NCBI RefSeq assembly: GCF_006345805.1
Contig: NC_042999.1
Span: forward strand, 98,456,001-98,520,000
Direction: 5' to 3'
From: Octopus sinensis
Taxonomy: Eukaryota
Length of the DNA stretch: 64,000 bases
Positions 58,618-64,000 of the stretch are shown here, in pieces (within the stretch, counting starts at the first letter, position 1; each line of letters starts with the position of its first letter). The notes under the pieces were generated by a model. It did not search any database and was not told the DNA's origin. It saw only the letters and a program-made list of their open reading frames with translations. Made by a program: the position numbers and the translations under genes.

Positions 58618-59086
58618 AAATATTTGTATGTATGTTTGAATGTATGTGTGTATGTATGTGTATGTATGAATGTGTGTGTGCATATATATTATATATATAT
58701 ATATGTAAACTGCCTCTTTTCACTCCTACCCACCTTCTCCCATCCACCCTCTCCCTTCATCGTCACCCTCCCTCGTTACCCCACCCCGCATATACTAGCA
58801 CTGACCACTTCCCCTCACCCACACCAGCGTACACACTAGCACTGGCCACATCCACACACCTACACATGCATACACGAACACGTCAATGTCACCAGCCCCT
58901 TCCACACGCACATACACGCTCTCACATACATACGCACACGCACCTTCGTTTTGAGTTCACCACTACTTTATTATCTTTTGTTTCTTCCTAGCTCTGCTGT
59001 GTGACCGCTCTGTCCGGCATTCGCCGTGATAGATCGCTAGCCACTAAACTTTTTTTATATTTTCTCTCCCTGTTTATTTCTGTGTT

Positions 59087-59123
59087 CCTTTCTGTCGAAG
59101 AGCGTAGATTCGAAACGTAAAAG
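59087..59123 (+). ncRNA. Hammerhead-like motif with variant core, probably in a PLE-type terminal repeat (~58980-59210)
   Basis: CTTT-CTGTCGA-A-GAGC gtag ATTC-GAAAC-GTA-AAAG. Confidence 0.5.
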
Positions 59124-59211
59124 ACTTTCTCACTTCTCGAGCGTTAAACTAATACATCTGTTTGTTGTTTACACACCCATCTTCGTCTTTTGTTTTTTGT
59201 AAATTCTCACC

Positions 59212-59269
<58 letters not shown>

Positions 59270-59293
59270 ATCTATATATATATATATATGTGC

Positions 59294-59362
<69 letters not shown>

Positions 59363-60172
59363 TGTATGTATGTATGTATGTATGTATGTATGTATGTATG
59401 TATGCATGTATGTATGTATGTGTATCTATATAGTCTTCGTAGTCTTTCTGACATTGCGACGACCTGCGACTCAGATCAGATGCCGCTTCATTACTGCGCC
59501 AATCCTGTTATGTTTGCTTCGTCAATCAACGATTAACGAAATTATCCCACGCGTAATTAAAATATGTTCATACGATGTAAACTGCGTAAATCAAATTCCG
59601 CATTAACTGAATCTACGAAATATACATATGCTCAAATACACAGTGTCAGATACATTGAAATGCACACGTACGCATACAAATACAGGAGCTTCTAAGTGGT
59701 TACACGACCTGTTAGAAATAGCAACCAATTCTTGCTGAAAATCTTGCCCTAATTTCTTCAAAATGGCCACGTTGGATAATGTGATTCAGGACTTTTTCAG
59801 GAAAAAATAGGATGATCCCGACAGGACTACTTTTGCTTAAAGTTTCTGCTTTGATCAGGATAGACTAGGGGCTAAACAACATACACACATACATACATGC
59901 ATACATACATACAGACAAACAGATACGCGCGCGCACGCACGCACACACACACACACATACACACACACACACACTGCTATTCTATGATATACACGTGTGC
60001 GTGTGCATCCAGACAGCAAAGCATTGTCTTTCATTCGAACAGATATTTTTCATTCATCAGATATTTTTTGAAAACCAGCCTTGAAACATTATACAATGAA
60101 GACAGGGATAGGAAACAATAAATACACGCCATTCACTTTGACCACGATTTTGGGCTCTGTCTTTCATTAAAC

Positions 60173-60274
<102 letters not shown>

Positions 60275-60919
60275 AAACACACACACGGAAGTTCTGCCAC
60301 CTGTAACTTCTACAACTACTCTGCAAACACTGCCAAATTCCCAGAATTTGGAAGCTGGTCCAAATTAAAATAACTCTAGAACAACTAAAATCCAAATGAA
60401 GTATGATCATACAGACCCATCATTCTCCTACGGATACTCCAATAATAAAATTAAAATCTAGAAAAGTAATTATTGACATCACTAAATTACATATTTCTCT
60501 TTCTTCCTTTCTTTCTCTCTCTCTCTCTCTAAATCACAGCTTAGGTTCAAACCACTGAGCTTAACCAGCTCACAGCTCACCAACCTAGCAGAAAATACAT
60601 GACGGTTTCAGCAACAAACACCTCTTACATGTACTGCCCTAACTGTATTCGACATCAGCATAGATTTTCATTCCATTTCCTGCTAGCTACTCATAAAAAA
60701 AAAAGAATAAAAAGCATAACACCGCCTTTTAACAAATGCATAACGCCACCTTTTAACACAAAATACTGGCTAACAAACTACCTGTCAGGCTGCCGAACCA
60801 ATGTAGAGTGTAAGAACATCACTTCCATAAACTGCAATTTCCCGAACGGAATGCTACAGGCATCTGTCTCTGCTCTTAATTTTTTTCCTCTTTCCTCTCC
60901 CAGTCATGGTGCTTTGTTC

Positions 60920-60989
<70 letters not shown>

Positions 60990-61724
60990 ACCAATCAATC
61001 AATTAATCAATAACTCACTCACTCAATCAATCAATACATCTACATATGCTTCCTGTTCTTATGCACCATGGTACGTTATGCTTATGCTTTCTACTAGGCC
61101 ATATTAAACATGTCATCTCTCTGAATGCAAATACCACTATAAAATAAATATAGAGGTAAGTGTGTTTCCCCCTCTCTCATTCGTTCTCTTTCTGTACCCA
61201 TTACCCTATTCTCCATCACAACATACTCCCTATTATACTCCCCCTCTCTCATTCCTTTCTACGAGTCTCTTTTCTAATTTCCTCTCTTTTTCACACGCTA
61301 TATTCTTTTCTCTTCTTCTTAATCCCTCCTTCTCTCTCTTAGTCATTTCATTCTTTCTCAGTTCCCACTCTCACTCGTAAATTATCAGCATTTTACACTC
61401 ATTCCGTTGATTTTTTTTCACACTCAATCACTATCTTTCCACAACCGTTCTGTTTCGCTCAATCTTTCTCTCTCCCACTTTCTTAGCTCTCGCTCATTCT
61501 CACTCTGCCGTCTACTCACTGCATTTTCTCAAATTATCTACATCGTCTTAAATCACATTCTCTCATCATTTGCTACTCACTTAGTCCTTTCCCTCTCTCA
61601 TTGATCTTAACGCTCTCAGTATATTTCCCATCTCACTTTCTCATCCCTCCCCTCTTATACATTCTCCCTGCCATATTTACCCCTCATTTTTATTCACTTT
61701 CTTTCTCTCTCATTGCCAAACTTT

Positions 61725-62408
61725 CTATCCCATCTAAAAAACACATCCACGTCTCTCTCTCTCTCTCTCTCTCGGTCTTTCTGTCTCTCTTTCTCTCTCT
61801 TGGTCTTTCTTTCTTCCATCCAAAAAACACTCTTTTCTCTCTCTTCCTCGGTCTTTTTTCTCTCTCTCTCGGTCTTTCTCTCTCTTTTCTTTCACGGTCT
61901 TTTATCTCTCTCTCGCTGTCTTCTTCTTTCTCTCTCCTATCCAAAAACACACTTTTCTCTCTTTCCCTCGATCTTTTATCTCTCAGGGCTTTTTTCTTTC
62001 TCTGAGTCTCTCTCTCGGTCTCTCTCTCTCTCTCTCTTGGTCTCTCTCTCTCTCTTAGTCTCTCTCTCTTAGTCTCTCTCTCGGTCTCTCTCTCTCTCTC
62101 TTGATCTTTCTCTCTCCCATCCGAAAAACACACCCTTTTCTCTCTCTCCCTCGGTCTTTTCTCTTTCTCTCTCTCGGTCTTTCTCTCTCTTTCTTTCACG
62201 GTCTTTTATCTCTCTCTCGGTCTTTCTCTCTCTTTCTCTCGCGGTCTTTCTCTTTCTCTCGCGGACTTTCTCTTTCTCTCGCAGTCTTTCTCTATCTCTT
62301 TCGGTCTTTTCTCTTTCTCTTTGCCTGTCTCTCTCTCGGTCTTTCACTCTCTCTCTCTCTTGGCCTTTCTCTCTCCCATCCAAAAACACACTAATTTCTC
62401 TCTCTCTT

Positions 62409-62455
<47 letters not shown>

Positions 62456-62465
62456 GTTTTTCTTT
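61725..62465. repeat. CT-rich degenerate minisatellite with five CCATCCAAAAA(A)CACAC anchors
   Basis: Anchors at ~61729, 61815, 61937, 62117 and 62376 separated by TCTCTCTCGGTCTTT-type subunits. Confidence 0.8.
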
Positions 62466-62873
62466 CTAGAACAAGTGCACACACACACGCACACCCACCC
62501 TCACCCAACCTCTCTCTCTCTCTCCCTCTCACACACACACTCACAAACGCAGGCACATCTATACAAGATGCTCGAAGACTCACACATATCCCACACAAAG
62601 CATTTTCCCCTTTTCACTTCTCAACATCATCTTTTGAGATTCTTGAGCCTCCTAGTAAAAAATACGTTGTTAATCCTCTTCAAAGGACGGGTAAGAGAAA
62701 CAGGTAAAAGGAGGAAGAGGAGGAGAAAGAGAAATAAAAGGAAGCAATAAAACAAAAAGAAAAGCAAACAAATAAAAGAAAAAGACACGAAGAAAGTTAA
62801 GAGAACGTAAACTCAAATACTAGCATTCTCTTCAGTGGTAATCTTCATATGCAATCTCCCTTTCTATTTCCAA

Positions 62874-62918
<45 letters not shown>

Positions 62919-63351
62919 TGCATGCGTGTGTGTGTGTGTATTGTCTATTTTTTTTTCTTTTAATATATGTATTTTCTTAGCTCGTTACTTGTTCGCTACT
63001 TCTCGCTCGAGGAGAATGGCTGATGAAGGAATCATCTTTTGTGAAATGAATAGGAACGTTAAAAGCAAATGTTTCCGGTTTATTTTTATTGACAAATTCT
63101 CTTTTGTTCATAAAATGAAAAAAAAAAAAACCCCAAAAATACGAGGAAAAAAAAATCAAAAACAAGCAAACAATAAATTCTGTTTCTCTAAAGCATGATG
63201 ATGACGACCATGATGATGATGATGATAAACCAGCATCTTCAGCGTCATCATTATATCATCCCTTGCAAATTCATCGCTGAAACTCAAGTTATAATACAGG
63301 AAACAAAATTCAAGGTTTCCATGTTAAGTGATATCTTTTTTTTTTTGCATT

Positions 63352-63386
<35 letters not shown>

Positions 63387-63491
63387 ATATTCTCTGTAAA
63401 ATGGTGTAATTAAACACGTATTTATTGGTATTATTCAGGTATTCATGCAGACACTTGTTCCCCTTTTTTTTAATGCAGCACATTTTAGTCT

Positions 63492-63543
63492 ACTGTACCT
63501 CAAAACATGTTCTACGGACCTGGATGAGAGGCTGATATATATA

Positions 63544-63590
<47 letters not shown>

Positions 63591-63735
63591 TCGAAGTGCA
63601 CAGTATTATATATCCATTACATCCGATCTTACCAATCGGTTTCGTGCTAGGGGTTCAACGGAATTTTAGGTAATAGTCTGATTATGTAACCCTATGTTCT
63701 CATCTAGGTCCGTAGAACATGTTTTGAGGTACAGT
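63492..63735. mobile_element. MITE with ~38-bp TIRs and internal (TA)n
   Basis: ACTGTACCTCAAAACATGTTCTACGGACCTGGATGAGA versus TCTCATCTAGGTCCGTAGAACATGTTTTGAGGTACAGT (one mismatch). The TSD is unclear. Confidence 0.85.
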
Positions 63736-64000
63736 TATGGAATTAAATATGATGACTGTTCTCTATTTTTGGAAGTGAACTGACACATTCGGTTTGTGGT
63801 TATTGTGACAAAAACGATGAAACGAACTGAGCAGGGTTTAACTTTAGGGTTATGTTCCTTGTTACCAAAAACATCATCTCTGGGGGTGTTGCAAGTCAGA
63901 GAGGGTTTTCTGGAAAAGAGCTTACGAGAAATGTTGTGTATGTCTATGTGTATATACACACACGTGTATATACTTATTGATCAAGACAGTTTGATTCAAA

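Noticed and set aside
62639-62690. Exon candidate ILEPPSKKYVVNPLQRT with a GTAAGA donor
   Set aside because: The acceptor is a rare GAG, the peptide is unrecognised, and there are no partner exons.

Overview
AT-rich, microsatellite-saturated eukaryotic DNA, most likely an intergenic or large-intron segment of an Octopus genome. The taxon is inferred from recognisable SINE families and repeat style, not proven. No host protein-coding gene could be supported, and nearly all supplied ORFs are translations of simple repeats. The window is a transposon graveyard. It holds a CR1-clade LINE with an uninterrupted RT ORF (1-1843) and a second CR1 3' fragment, two RTE-clade relics, three R4/Dong-like (RLE) relics, and a Penelope-like RT fragment ending in a minimal hammerhead ribozyme, with several more hammerhead-like motifs elsewhere. 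There are roughly 25 copies of one tRNA-derived SINE (including head-to-tail multimers), further SINE families, and several MITEs. The most unusual items are a foldback element carrying a tRNA-like Pol III cassette (36730-37047), the hammerhead motifs (including a core variant and an inverted pair split by a hAT MITE), and SINE multimers that share an identical junction at two loci. Coordinates of decayed elements are approximate and alignments were made by eye.
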